Part shown: one piece after another, positions 1-35,089 of the stretch
Layout: each line of letters opens with the position of its first letter
How positions within the stretch are numbered: position 1 is the first letter of the stretch
NCBI GenBank assembly: GCA_030141605.1
Contig: JAQGDQ010000065.1
Span: forward strand, 62,001 to 126,000
Direction: 5' to 3'
DNA from: Tubiluchus corallicola
Lineage: Eukaryota; Animalia; Priapulida
DNA length: 64,000 nt
Position numbers and translations under genes: made by a program
Notes under the pieces: model-generated
The model's database searches: none
Seen by the model: only the letters and a program-made list of their open reading frames with translations
What the model was told of the DNA's origin: nothing

Positions 1-308
1 GCCTCGGCTAATAGTATTTGACACATTATTATTGTTTACAGTGGATCTAAAGAGGTGGTACAGTTTCGTGTGATTGTTAGTTTGTCTGTTCAACTATTTA
101 ATGAAGGCTGTGAATTACTTGACCAATGTCCAGTGCAGAGAGCACCTAGTTCTAACATGTTATCTGCCTCGGCTACTAGTATTTGACACATTGTTATTGT
201 TTACAGTGAATCTAGGAGCTGGTACAGTTTCGTCTGACTGTTAGTTTGTCTGTTACACTATTTAATGAAGGCTGTGAATTACTTGACCAATGTCCACTAC
301 AGAGAGCA
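1..308. repeat. About 165-bp tandem repeat (about 2 copies, may extend upstream)
   Basis: gcctcggcta.tagtatttgacac at 1 and 166. Confidence 0.85.
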
Positions 309-824
309 GATTAATGCTTTGACACCAAGTTGTGTGACTTGGTTTATCTGATAAGGCTGTTCGTCTCTTCTGTATTCTTGGATTCATTATCCATTGTTCA
401 GGGCCTATTTCAGCCTAAGCGAGACCCGGGGAAGTGGGGCGTTTGAGGCCTCCCAGGGGGGGGGGGGTGTCGGTCGCCACGATGTTTGGCGCCCAAGAAA
501 ATTTTTGAACTGCTAGAACGCCAGAGAAGCATTTTCGAAGAGAAAATATGCAGTTATACAGTATGTTCGCATAAAGCAAAAAAATTACCTCGGCGGGAGG
601 CCACCCTGGAGGGTGAGGCCCCGGGGAAGTATCCGCACTCCCCCCTGAAGTGTTAGCCAACGCCCGAGCACGTAAGTTGCATGTGTTGTGTGTGTGTTAT
701 GTCCTTACATGCATAATTGCAAGTGAATGACCCCAGTTAACCATAAGATGATTAGAGCAAATTATTGTCTGTATAAGTAAAACCGGACCCAATCTTAAAA
801 CTGTATGTCAAAACAATCTACTCT

Positions 825-1137
825 TTAAAGGAAAACCGGACGATTGTTTAGACTCAATCTCATTTTTATTTACTGTCCAAAATATACGTTTTCTCGCCTA
901 GAAAAGTTAGCAATTGTTTCTTACATTTGAATAATTAGCTTAGAAAGTTAATTAACGGCAACCGAACACAGCTATTGTTTACGTCAGAAACTAGCCACAG
1001 TTTGTGCAATGTAGGCATCTTCCCTGCGCGTCAAGTACGTTTGTGTAATGATGTCACGAAAATGGGGTCTACGTCATATGACGTCAGAAACTAACACTGC
1101 AGTTGATGATCATGATCATAGTTATCCCAGTACCGCC
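825..1137 (-). mobile_element. Kolobok-like MITE family A, partial copy
   Basis: Begins TTAA-AGGAAAACCGGACGATTG; reverse complement of the right half of 1944-2477. Confidence 0.75.
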
Positions 1138-1160
1138 TTATGTTTAACGGCCACACGCAT

Positions 1161-1627
1161 GTACCTTATCTAACTTATAGCGTTTCAGACCCCTCCCCCT
1201 GCTTGGGACGCCTGTGGTTGTACCTTATCTAACTTATAACGTTTCAGACCCCTCCCTCTGCTTGGGACGCCTGTGGTTGTACCTTATCTAACTTATAACG
1301 TTTCAGACCCCTCCCCCTGCTTGGGACGCCTGTGATTGTACCTTATCTAACTTATAACGTTTCAGACCCCTCCCCCTGCTCGGAACGTCTGTGCTTGCAC
1401 CTTATCTAACTTATAACGTTTCAGACCCCTCCCCCTGCTTGGGACGCCTGTGATTGTACCTTATCTAACCTATAACGTTTCAGACCCCTCCCCCTGCTTG
1501 GGACGCCTGTGATTGTACCTTAACTAACCTATAACGTTTCAGACCCCTCCCTCTGCTTGGGACGCCTGTGATTGCACCTTATCTAACTCGGGACGCCTGT
1601 GATTGTACCTTAACTAACCTATAACGT
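1161..1627. repeat. 59-bp minisatellite, about 8 copies
   Basis: Unit gtaccttatctaacttataacgtttcagacccctccccctgcttgggacgcctgtgatt. Confidence 0.95.
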
Positions 1628-1943
1628 GTATCCTGTTATGCTTGGTTGGTCTAATCGAAAATTACTGGAAGTGGTCTTCTCGAAATTTCCAGTAAATCCT
1701 AGAACAGAGAGACATTTCCGCATACCTGCAGCAAGTAGACACGGAAGCCAGACACGATAAATTTCTCACCTGTGGAAGCCTGTGACCGTTATTGATTGGA
1801 AATTGCCTACTCGTTTACTGAGAAATTGGTGAACTCCTGGTTGCACCGATCAATACTTTACAACTTTCCCTCCTTTTGGTCTCATAAATTGCCTCTCTTC
1901 ACAGCAACTGTCAGCAAGATTTAGCAGAGTCGACTGAAATCTG

Positions 1944-2477
1944 TTAAAGGAAAAGCGCATGATTGTGTGAACACGAGTTCAGAATAAAGAATGCTCTAAA
2001 ATATTGAAAACTACAATAGCTTTTCGTAAATCAAAGCTTAGATTAAATAATAATTACCTCGGATTTCGTTAAACTTTCAAAGCTACGCGCGGCTCAGTGA
2101 ATCTACTAAGATTGGCAACGGCGCCTTTTCTGTCACATTCGCGTGGCCGACAAATAGAAGACGGTACCGTGATAAGCATGATCATGAACTGCAGTGTTAG
2201 TTTATGACGTCGTATGATGTAAAGTCCATTTTTCGTGACATCATGCGTTTAAGCAGTAAGACATACGCAAACGTGCTTGACGCGCAAGGGAAGATGCCTA
2301 CATTGCACAAACTGTGGTTAGTTTCTGGCGTAAGCAATAGCTGTTTGGTTCTAACTTTCTAAGCTAATTATTCAAATATAAGGAACAATTGTTAACTCTT
2401 ATAGGCAAGAAAATGTATATTTTGGACAGTAAATTAACATGCGATTGAGTCTAAACAATCGTCCGGTCTTCCTTTAA
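1944..2477 (+). mobile_element. Kolobok-like MITE family A, full copy
   Basis: TTAA on both sides, imperfect TIRs AGGAAAA..G.A.GATTG, AG...CT termini; homologous to 17099-17648. Confidence 0.8.
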
Positions 2478-2679
2478 CACATCCAGAGCAGCAATCAACT
2501 GGTGAGAAAAACTGTAATAATTATCCTCGTCGTCTACAGGGAAACGTCTACAGACGACCACACAGAGCGCCGTACCATATTTTGAATTCTGACAATAATT
2601 GATTAGTTTAAAGCGTGTTTTGTCAACACTCGGGCTTTGTCTGCTGTTTTTGCATTTTAGCTACAGCAATAAGTGTAAT

Positions 2680-2830
2680 GGCGGTTTAGTCTAGTGGTAA
2701 TGCGTCTGCTTTCCGTCTGGGAGGTCGTGAGTTCGAACCAGCGGCCGGGTCACGCCAAAGACTTTAAAAATGGTACGTGCTGTTGCCCTGCCTGACGCGC
2801 GGTATTTAGGGTAAAAGTGGGGTAATAATA
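2680..2830 (+). mobile_element. tRNA-derived SINE, probably MetaSINE/MESC-core type
   Basis: A box TAGTCTAGTGG and B box GAGTTCGAACC, followed by CCAAAGACTTTAAAAATGGTAC.TGCTG, which resembles the Meta/MESC SINE core as I recall it. Confidence 0.7.
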
Positions 2831-3030
2831 GTCTCTGTTATGTATTTCTAGGTTGTTATTTACAGTCGGTGATAATAGCTCTTTGAGCTAATGTTATTTG
2901 TTGACGCAAAAGCCAACTTTAAATAAGGGATTATTATTATTATTATTATTATAATTATTATTATTATTATTATGTGTGGGAACACATATGTCTGCATTTC
3001 GCACGCATGTCTTTTCAGCATGCGTACATT

Positions 3031-3585
3031 TTCTTCATCAGCAGTGAAAGAAATATATGACATGTATTGTCTTCATTTCATGTATCACTATCATAATTCA
3101 CTACTTCCACCAGCTTTTCAGTCATACTTTAGTCCAGTTTCAAATCAACATGGTCATTACACAAGATATTCAGTCGGAAACTATGTACTCTCCCTTCCAA
3201 AAACAAATATAATGAAACAGTCATCAAAATATAATGCTATTAAAATATGGTCATCAATTCCGCATAAAATGAAAACTCTTAATCTCTTATCAATTTAAAA
3301 AAGCATCAAAGAATTACCTACTACAACGGTATAATTAACTCACAATTTTACTCATCCTGATCTTAAGTTACTAACAAAACTTATTGTGTTCTAATGTACG
3401 TTATAACTGATGAAAATGTAATGTTAATTGTCAATTGTTTCACTTATCTGGAGGAGGACTCGAAAGCTCAATGCTCCTTCCTCCTCCTCACAGTAACTCG
3501 CATAGTTTATTTACTTTTTTTTCAATGTAATATCAACTTGTATGTATGTTTGTGTTGCTGTGGAATAAATTCATAATTCATAATT
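3031..3585 (+). mobile_element. L2/Crack-like LINE 3' end (ORF2 C-terminus plus 3' UTR)
   Basis: FMYHYHNSLLP..F..YF...H.HYTR...IKIWSSIP; AATAAA then an (ATAATTC)n tail; near-identical inverted copy at 18495-19005. Confidence 0.8.
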
Positions 3586-3735
3586 GTTCATTACACACGT
3601 CAAACTCATATTTATCATAATTATGATCATACTTGTAATAATTCCTAAAATATGCTCTTGTATGATGGATACGAAGTCGTGATAAAACTTCCTGGCTTAC
3701 AACCAGGTGGTAGCAGTGGTAGTGGCAGTGGCAGT

Positions 3736-4132
3736 TAGGGGTGAGCATCGAACGTTCGAATCGAATTCGAACGAGGTTTTTTTAGTTCGAACTCGATTCG
3801 AATCCAAAACTACAGATTCGAATAATTCAGCACTTCAATCACATATGTTATTCATCACTAAAACGATCGAAACATCATGCAATTAGCATAATTTAGCTGT
3901 GATTTCTGCGCACAATTTTAAACAAATTACTAGTCGTTTTATTGCAGAACAAAATCTAGTGATATGCATGATCTTTGTAAGACTAATTTTTACTGGTGGT
4001 TCGAAAACTTGTTCGAAAATCTTGCGATCTCAATTCGAATTCGAACCACTGAAGTTCCGTTCGATTCGAATTCGAAAGTCACAAATTCGGTTCGATTCGA
4101 ATTCGCTTTCTGCTAGAGAATGCACACCCCTA
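3736..4132 (+). mobile_element. hAT-like MITE rich in TTCGAA motifs
   Basis: TIRs TAGGGGTGAGCA/TGCACACCCCTA; 8-bp flanks GTGGCAGT/GTAGCAGT (7/8 match); copies at 28616 and 43851. Confidence 0.8.
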
Positions 4133-5071
4133 GTAGCAGTACCCGCACCCCATAGAGATGCCTGTCGTTCAGAACTTCTTGGTTTTGATTTTAAAGTAGC
4201 AAAATAAACAATTCGTAAAATAACACAACCCAGCTACTTTACGTCAAGGGAGAACAAGTGCAGCTACTTTCTTCAGTTTCGAAGCTGTTTACAAAGTCAA
4301 AATCGTTGCGATGATATTTTTGATTCCGGGGAAGCCGCGCTATGCATCCTCTTCTGGCAAGTTTAAGACGCTAATGGATCATTGATTATTACAAATTAAA
4401 AACTTGGCAGCTTCTTTGAGGCACTATTGACGGGAAAAATTTGCTCTGCCGTCGTAAGACTATGTGCTTCTGGCTTCTTGAAAGTAAAAATTCAACGGCA
4501 GCGCATTCTCCGGCTTTGCGCGCTTTGTGCAGTTCAGTTGACGGTCAGACGATGCGGGATGGATCAATACGCCAGTGCAGCTTGGTACCGAAACGGAGGA
4601 CTTTCTCAATGACAAACAGGGCATTTTTAGGTCACCTCGGGAAAAAAAGAGATCGATTCTGACGCTTGCAGACGACAAGTGAAATTGCATGAAAGTTTGA
4701 ACTTGTAACGACCGGCTTCGACACAAGTTCAGTGCTTCACGACGCCACCACGTGTGAACAAAGAATGTCTATGAAACTTGCGCTGACACCTAGCATTTCA
4801 TGTCTGGTTTTCGCACGGTGGGATAATTCCAGTTGTCTTTTCCAAAATATTAACCCTGTTATGAAATTTGACCTTGACAACATGACCGGGTTATATATAA
4901 TATGCACATGTATATTATTTGCACGTGAGTTTGCAACAAGGTCGCCAGAGGGCGTGAGGGTGGTAGGAGGCCATGTGTCCATATTGTGTCTGGTTGCTTT
5001 TTTAGTGGCGTGTCAGTCAAGGTTCTGACATTGTGGCATATCACCAAGAAGTTCGTAAGCATAGTTTTAGC

Positions 5072-7000
5072 TAGATTTCTGTAAGAAACAGTAAAAACTG
5101 AAATAATGTGGTAGCTTGGGACAAAGTGACCCAACTGCAGTGATTTTTGCTGAAGTAAACATGTGAATAGTATGTACCTACATTTCTGTAAGAAACTACA
5201 GAAATACATAATGTAACCAAGCATGGTAACTTGGAACAAAGTGATCCAACTGCAGTGATTGTTACTGAAGTAAACATATGAATTGTATGTACCTACATTT
5301 CTGTAAGAAACTACAGAAATACATAATGTAACCAAGCATGGTAACTTGGAACAAAGTGATCCAACTGCAGTGATTGTTACTGAAGTAAACATATGAATAG
5401 TATGTACCTACATTTCTGTAAGAAACTATAGAAATATATAATGTAACCAAGCTTGGTAACTTAGAACAAAGTGACCCAACTGCAGTGATAGTTACTGAAG
5501 TAAACATGTGAATAGTTTGTACCTACATTTCTGTAAGAAACTACAGAAATACATAATGTAACCAAGCATGGTAGCTTAGAACAAAGTGACCCAACTGCAG
5601 TGATAGTTACTGAAGTAAACATATGAATAGTATGTACCTACATTTCTGTTTAAAACTGCAGAAATACATAATGTAACCAAGCATGGTAACTTAGAACAAA
5701 GTGACCCAACTGCAGTGATAGTTACTGAAGTAAACATATGAATAGTTTGTACCTACATTTCTGTTTAAAACAGCAGAAATACATAATGTAATCAAGCATG
5801 GTAACTTAGAACAAAGTGATCCAACTGCAGTGATTGTTACTGAAGTAAACATGTGAATAGTTTGTACCTACATTTCTGTAAGAAACTACAGAAATACATA
5901 ATGTAACCAAGCATGGTAACTTGGAACAAAGTGATCCAACTGCAGTGATTGTTACTGAAGTAAACATATGAATAGTATGTACCTACATTTCTGTAAGAAA
6001 CTATAGAAATATATAATGTAACCAAGCTTGGTAACTTAGAACAAAGTGACCCAACTGCAGTGATAGTTACTGAAGTAAACATGTGAATAGTTTGTACCTA
6101 CATTTCTGTAAGAAACTACAGAAATACATAATGTAACCAAGCATGGTAGCTTAGAACAAAGTGACCCAAGTGCAGTGATAGTTACTGAAGTAAACATATG
6201 AATAGTATGTACCTACATTTCTGTTTAAAACTGCAGAAATACATAATGTAACCAAGCATGGTAACTTAGAACAAAGTGACCCAACTGCAGTGATAGTTAC
6301 TGAAGTAAACATATGAATAGTTTGTACCTACATTTCTGTTTAAAACAGCAGAAATACATAATGTAATCAAGCATGGTAACTTAGAACAAAGTGACCCAAC
6401 TGCAGTGATTGTTACTGAAGTAAACATGTGAATAGTTTGTACCTACATTTCTGTTTAAAACAGCAGAAATACATAATGTAATCAAGCATGGTAACTTAGA
6501 ACAAAGTGACCCAACTGCAGTGATAGTTACTGAAGTAAACATATGAATAGTTTGTACCTACATTTCTGTTTAAAACAGCAGAAATACATAATGTAATCAA
6601 GCATGGTAACTTAGAACAAAGTGACCCAACTGCAGTGATTGTTACTGAAGTAAACATGTGAATAGTTTGTACCTACATTTCTGTTTAAAACAGCAGAAAT
6701 ACATAATGTAATCAAGCATGGTAGCTTAGAACAAAGTGACCCAACTACAGTGATTGCTACTGAAGTAAACATATGAATAGTATGTACCTACATTTCTGTA
6801 AGAGACTACAGAAATACATGATGTAACCAAGCATGGTAGCTTGGAACAAAGTGACCCAACTGCAGTGATTGTTACTGAAGTAAACATATGAATAGTATGT
6901 ACCTACATTTCTGTAAGAAACTATAGAAATATATAATGTAACCAAGCTTGGTAACTTAGAACAAAGTGACCCAACTGCAGTGATAGTTACTAAAGTAAAC
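5072..7000. repeat. 115-bp tandem repeat, about 17 copies, with a 575-bp higher-order duplication
   Basis: catttctgt recurs every 115 bp from 5181 to 6906; ORFs 5262-5507 and 5837-6082 are offset by 575. Confidence 0.95.
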
Positions 7001-8453
7001 TACATGCTACTTATGCTTATATTTCATGTTTTATCCTAGTGCAGTGCATTAGAATATTGTCATATGTATATAGTTAGTAGTATGTATCAAACGTGTTGTG
7101 TTCAGTTTTTGAAGACTGAATAGCTTTATTGCAACGAACAAGAAACGTCTACACAGTTTTTTATTTTTGTCCTTTAAAAACAGCAGGCCATTACTTCATT
7201 TCATTTCTGCCTGATTTAGTAATGATGTCATTAATGTTAGCGTTGGTGATGATAGAGTTTTGGCCACATGTAGTTCCGCCCGCCTGGCGGATGTGTCCAA
7301 GCCAGTTGCTTGAAATTTTATCTGGCTATCCTTGGACTAATTTCAACCTACGCTTATATTTGCACAGCCTGCTTATAGTGAAGAAAAAGGGGTTCGTTTT
7401 ACAAGGAGGTGACCTCACTTGCCCCGCAGTTGCACTACACTCTGTTGTCCTCCTCTTTTGGGAATTGTTTAATTCGTAAACACTGTTGTTTGTGTTCGGT
7501 GTTGTTTTGCTAGTAATTTGAAAGCTACGCCAGTGGTTTAATTACTAGCATTGCTCGTAAACACAGTGAGACATATTTCTAAAGCTGCATTCACACGGCA
7601 TGCAAATGCGAGTGGGTTCACATCCATAGGATAGGGGAAGACGGAGGACGTGGTGCATTCTGCTGAAAATTAAGTTTTTTTAATAGTTTAGACAATCTTA
7701 GTTTAAAACATAATCCATCAGCCAACGTTGTTTTTGAAGCTGCGATGTTCGTGTTAAACGGATGAAATCAATGGATGAAAACGAGGTTTAACGTTGCGAT
7801 CTGTATTTTACTCAAAATCATAATCTCATGGTCAGTCCACATATACACAAAAATGGTAAACGTAATCAACAGTAGTAAACAAAAGTCAAAGTAAATCCAT
7901 CAGCCAATACATCATGGCATCTGAGACAAAACGTTGTTATAACCACACAACTGTTTAAGCCTATTGCTTTCTTTTCCTTCTTATTAGCCAGTGTAAAAAA
8001 CGACTACATTCACACTGAAGCCAAGTAACCCCGTAACGTACAAACACATAGCACTAGCAAGTACATATAGATATATTGAAAACTTCAAAGTGTACAAACA
8101 GATGTCAGCACTAACTTAGTGGTAATGAAAAACTAAAGTTTAAAATTTCAAATCAAAATTAATAATAAACTGTAATTTAAACGCTCGCATCTGCGACAAT
8201 CTGCCCCCCCTCCCATTTTTACACACGCCCCACTTTGAGGATCACTTGTTTGGATTTTGTCTTTTTATCACCATAAGGTTGATTTGTTTTAGTAATTAAT
8301 GCAGTTCCGTTTCTGTTACAATACTAATACTACACCGCGTAACTGGTTAGATTCAGGATTCTTGTTTCGAAATATTTAGATAAGCAAGATATAATAATAT
8401 GTTGAAATATCTCAAACTTTACAAAATTTCATCGTTTTTTGTATAATTTTCAG

Positions 8454-30540
<22,087 letters not shown>

Positions 30541-31611
30541 AACCGCGCGCACCAGATTAAATCGTCTCTTGGCTGCCAGCCAGCAAATCGGAACTTTTCG
30601 CGCGCCGAGTTTCCTCAACATTATTGATTTTTAGTTCAAAAAAGGAAACGAATGGGATTTTAACTGTTTTTAATTCGACATTTTAGTAAAAAAAATTTTA
30701 GTTCAGAAGAAAATCGTAATTCTTTTTTACTTTGCTGCCAGAAATTCCCGATTTGCTGGCCACAGTCCCGTTGTATATAGTATTTATAAAACTAGTAAAC
30801 ATTTTTAAAACTGTACATACAAACGATTATATATATATATATATATATAATTAATGTGATAACGCTGACATATTATAATGGCGTCTAACTGTATTTGTTT
30901 CTTCCTCACCGTATTTACGTTGTTTACTTGCACTTTAACATCTCAAAATTTGAAAATAGTTTTAGGGGCAGAAATTGCCACTCCACCGTGAGTATTATTT
31001 GCTTAGGGGCCTAACTTCCATTAGTATTGTGCGTGTTAATTACCTTAGTGCACAGGGTTGACCGTAGTTGAACTAACTTAGCCGGGTGGTGGGGAAAAGT
31101 AACCTACATTTTTGGATACTAATCGAGCGGCAACGGAAGCATCTTTCGTGCCTCGTTTTTACTGACGCGCGCGGCAGCAAACGCCATAAACGGTAACGGA
31201 ATAACGTCACAAGGTGTGAACGGGCAAGGCGAGCGTAATAACTCGCGCCTGGCGAAAGTCGTAGCTTCACGAAATCGCGTAGATTTTGCGGTTCGTGAGA
31301 AAAATGCATGAAAACGATCTTTTTAAGTTGTTCTTAGACTAGAGGCGGTTTTTATTTTTTCATGAATTTCGTTATTATATTTTCCTCGATGTGTTTGGCT
31401 GGGCTGGTGTATATAAGTTCTTTTTAATGCAAAGGTCGTCAACAATTTTTTCGTTGTTCATTATGGTAAAATACTTGCAAATGCTTCGTACATTTTTTTG
31501 GCACGTTTTCAAAAGGAACATTTCTCTAAAGCGTATTTCTCGGGTAAGCACTGGCTCAAAAAAGTACTTATTTCACACCCCCCCCCTGTGTCGTAAAGGA
31601 AACCTAGTTCG

Positions 31612-32059
31612 TACAGGGTGTCTCAAAAGTCACTATGCACTTCGATTTCTGATTATTTTCCTTCTAAATTTCTTTTCGATCGCGGGAAGCTCTAACGTAA
31701 AGGGACAATTTTCAATGTTTTTTGTTTATGTTGTGATTGCAACTTCGTTGCTATGGTGACAACAGTAACTCTGTTGCCATGGCGATGACGGTAGCCTTAG
31801 AAATGAAGTGCAAAAGGCCATGAGTTCCCTCTATCATCAACCCTTTTATGCACTATTATGTACGTAGAAACAACCATGTTAAGTACAATGCCGTTACACG
31901 TTGCTTGGTTACACCGATGTAATGGTGTAAACAAAGTCTGTGTCTTTAGTATGCGGGACCTATTTAACGATCCAAATTTTGTCCGATTCTTCCGATATCC
32001 GTAAAAGCGAGGTCCGGCGAACCGAGATACGAGTGTAATTACTTTTGAGACACCCCGTA
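31612..32059. mobile_element. Tc1/mariner-type MITE
   Basis: TA-CAGGGTGTCTCAAAAGT...ACTTTTGAGACACCCCG-TA (TIRs and TA TSD). Confidence 0.8.
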
Positions 32060-32421
32060 TTTTGATAGATTTTATGAACTTGAGTTCGGTCGAAGTTTGC
32101 GTGATCTCAGTGTCTGTTCTTACGTGTTTTTACTTATCATTCCATATCATCGTCGACATTGATGATCCAAAGTGTTAACATTGTGGCCTGTAGAAATGAC
32201 AAAGAATTTATTATAGTGTATTATTAAGTATCGTACTAACGCTTCCGCGTGTACGTGTTACAGTGTGCGAGTTTGCGTAGTTCGTTTGTGAGTTTATATC
32301 GTCGTCGCACGTTCGCAGTGCGGGCATCGCTGTCGTGTTAACTGCGCGCCGCATTGTAGTTCGCTTTCCCGTTCTTGTTTTTCAACTCTCTCTGGCATAA
32401 CTGTTGTTAGGGCAGTGTAAA

Positions 32422-32833
32422 TGTGTGCGGCAGAGTGCACACGTTAGTGCGGTAAAGTGCACATGTTAGTGCGCTGTGTGTGCGGTAAAGTGCACATGTT
32501 AGTGCGCTGTGTGTGCGGCAAAGTGCACATGTTAGTGCGGTGTGTGCGGTAAAGTGCTCATGTTAGTGCGGTAAAGTGCACATGTTAGTGCGCTGTGTGT
32601 GCGGTAAAGTGCACATGTTAGTGCGGTGTGTGCGGTAAAGTGCACATGTTAGTGCGCTGTGTGTGCGGTAAAGTGCACATGTTAGTGCGGTGTGTGTGGC
32701 AAAGTGCTCATGTTAGTGCGGTGTGTGCGGCAAAGTGCACACGTTAGTGCGGTGTGTGCGGCAAAGTGCACATGTTAGTGCGGTGTGTGCGGTAAAGTGC
32801 TCATGTTAGTGCGGTGTGTGCGGTAAAGTGCAC
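32422..32833. repeat. About 31-33-bp minisatellite
   Basis: Unit gcggtaaagtgcacatgttagtgcggtgtgt. Confidence 0.93.
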
Positions 32834-32996
32834 CTTAAACTCAAATTTGTGTGTGGCATTTATGACTTATACTACCATGTGTGTCGGTGATGTGTGTATT
32901 ATATCAATGAGAGCAACGCTGAGCTTTTGTCCATTTAATTATTAACTATTTTTAGTTTGATGCTCCCGATAGTTAGGCAGACACCGGAACCCTGGA

Positions 32997-33353
32997 ATGA
33001 GCCTTTTCACAGTTTCGTTTTGCGCAGCAGGTGCAGTTGCTGTAGGTCAAAGGTTAAGCGTACCACAGCAACGCATCCTCACTGCAACTGCCGCGTGACG
33101 CTTGGGTAAAGCAAAGTCGTCCGCCGCATCAGTTCAATAACGGCGTCGGTTGCTTTACGTGGACGTTACTGAATTATGCGCTAGTCTGTGCGTAGAGTGG
33201 GTTTACTGGCGGGTTTTGCTTTGCTACGAGACAAAATGAACTAGGTAAGATTCTAGCTAGTTGTTTAGACTGTTACTATTACAATAGGTCAGGCTGCGAG
33301 GCGTTGTCAAGTGTACGCAAATGCGTTGTCTGGTACACTGTGAAAAGGCTTAT
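32997..33353. mobile_element. Unclassified MITE; inverted partial copy at 8575-8878
   Basis: TIRs AATGAGCCTTTTCACAGT / ACTGTGAAAAGGCTTATT; the interior matches the reverse complement of 8575-8878. Confidence 0.7.
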
Positions 33354-33372
33354 TGTATTTCTCTGTAATTTA

Positions 33373-33695
33373 GGTCTCGTTTCCGCTGCGTCCGCACATC
33401 CGCACGTTTTACGTCTGCAAAAGTTGTTTCTGCCACATCCATACTCATTACGTAGTATATTTTAGTGCCGCAAATTTAGCGGGACATAATCATTTACTTC
33501 GTCAAATAGGCAATACAGTGAGTCTGTGCCTGTATGTGACTTCACGTGCACGTACGCGGATTTCCGTAGCGACACAGTGGAAATGACAATCAAGAAAAAC
33601 GATGATTTGCAAAAACGTACGATCTCTACAGTTTTTTCTTTGCAGAACAATTTGGTGTCTGTACGGGCCTACTCGGACGCAGTAGAAACGCAGCC
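33373..33695. mobile_element. PIF/Harbinger-type MITE
   Basis: TTA TSD; imperfect TIRs GGTCTCGTTTCCGCTGCGTCCG / CGGACGCAGTAGAAACGCAGCC. Confidence 0.75.
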
Positions 33696-34402
33696 TTAGG
33701 TCGTCAGTTTAAGTGAATCAAAATTGGCTGGCATCCGCTAGTTTTCTAGGTTTAAAAATACGAACGTTTGATTGAGCCGTGTGACGCCAAGCTACGTTTT
33801 ACAACGTCTGTTAGTGAATAAGCTCTTACCTTTTTTTCTTTTGACTTAAATATAGTTCTGTAGTCGTGTTGATAGTAGTGACAGTGTGTGTGTGTGTGTT
33901 AATAACGTCGTATATATCCTGCATTTATGATTCTACTCACCATGATTAGGTACATATGATTGTCGTGGAGGTGTGAGACCTCTCAGCTAAATCACTGCCA
34001 ATGCTTTAAGTGAACACCTCTTCGTACTGAGATACAAAGACTGGGTTCGGTTCGCCTTTTGATGTTCGTTTGTGTGTCGATATAGAAACGCGTTTGAAAG
34101 GACTGCATTTCTCCCAACTTTCTCAGTGTTTTAGTGATTTTAATGTAAAAGTCTGTTGTAAGAATTTGTAATTTTTTTACCTACTGTACACACACCTTAT
34201 GAGCAAGAACGTCAACGTTGAAATTTTTGTGTAATTTTCGATTGGTATTTTCAAATCGTTAGTTAGAATGCTAAAACGCCATTAATGTTTTTATACGAAA
34301 CGTGTTCTTCTTTGTAATGTGACTGTTTGTATGAATAAATGTGTTTATGTTCACACTAAATTCTGTTTTACAATGAATGTTGTGAATTGAAGCTGTGTGT
34401 GT

Positions 34403-34925
34403 TTCTTCTTCTTCTTCTTCAATGAATCACTCGTTGAGGGGCATGATTCTGCTCACCTCTCTATGCCAGGACTCCCTGCTCGCCGCAATGCCCCAAGTGC
34501 ATTTATTTCTAAGGATCAATGCTGAAGTGTTTAAATCTTTCTGTGCAAAATCTAAATATGTTAACATTTGTCCTCCTGCAGGTTTTTTAGCTGATTCTAC
34601 GGCTTGTTGAAGAGCTATCTTCACTGGAATATCATCAGGTAGTCTAAGCATGTGCCCAAGCCATCTTAAACGACGTCTTTTTATTTTTCTTGTCCAAGGT
34701 TCTTTTATTTTTTTCATATACATCTTTGTTTGAAATTTTCTTTGGCCATCTAATGCCCAAAATGTTTCTGTAATTTCGCCTTTGAAACGCATCGATTTCA
34801 GCTTTATGATTTGCTTTTAATGTCCAGAGCTCAGAGTTGTACAGAAATACAGTTTCGACTAAGGCTGAGAATATTCTAAATTTTGTTTCCAAAGAAATCT
34901 TTCTATTTTTAAAAACTCTGTGTCT
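34403..34925 (-). mobile_element. RTE-clade LINE 3' fragment
   Basis: ISLETKFRIF..VFLYNSELWTL...IDAFQRR...ILGIRWP and IKRRRLRWLGHMLRLP; (GAA)n tail at 34403-34420. Confidence 0.85.
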
Positions 34926-35089
34926 CTGTGTGTGGACAGCATTGCAAAGCAAATAGCAGAAACCTTCACAAACTGCTTTCAGGTTTTAATCCAAAAACAG
35001 CAAAGCGATTGGGGAAAATCAAGATAGTAAATTTATTATGATTTATTTACAAAGAAAAGTAAATTTCTTGCACTCTAAGCAAAGAAGTG

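Noticed and set aside
2680-2755. Functional tRNA gene
   Set aside because: A and B boxes are present, but there is no convincing acceptor stem and it runs into a SINE core.
4395-4445. Candidate ZMYND19 first exon (KLGSFFEALLTGK)
   Set aside because: Only the ends resemble KLGIVRLGRVAGK and no GT donor follows. Exon 1 is probably upstream of the window.
4859-6945. Repeated 62-177 aa minus-strand ORFs
   Set aside because: They are by-products of the 115-bp satellite; the unit length is not a multiple of 3 and no domain is recognisable.
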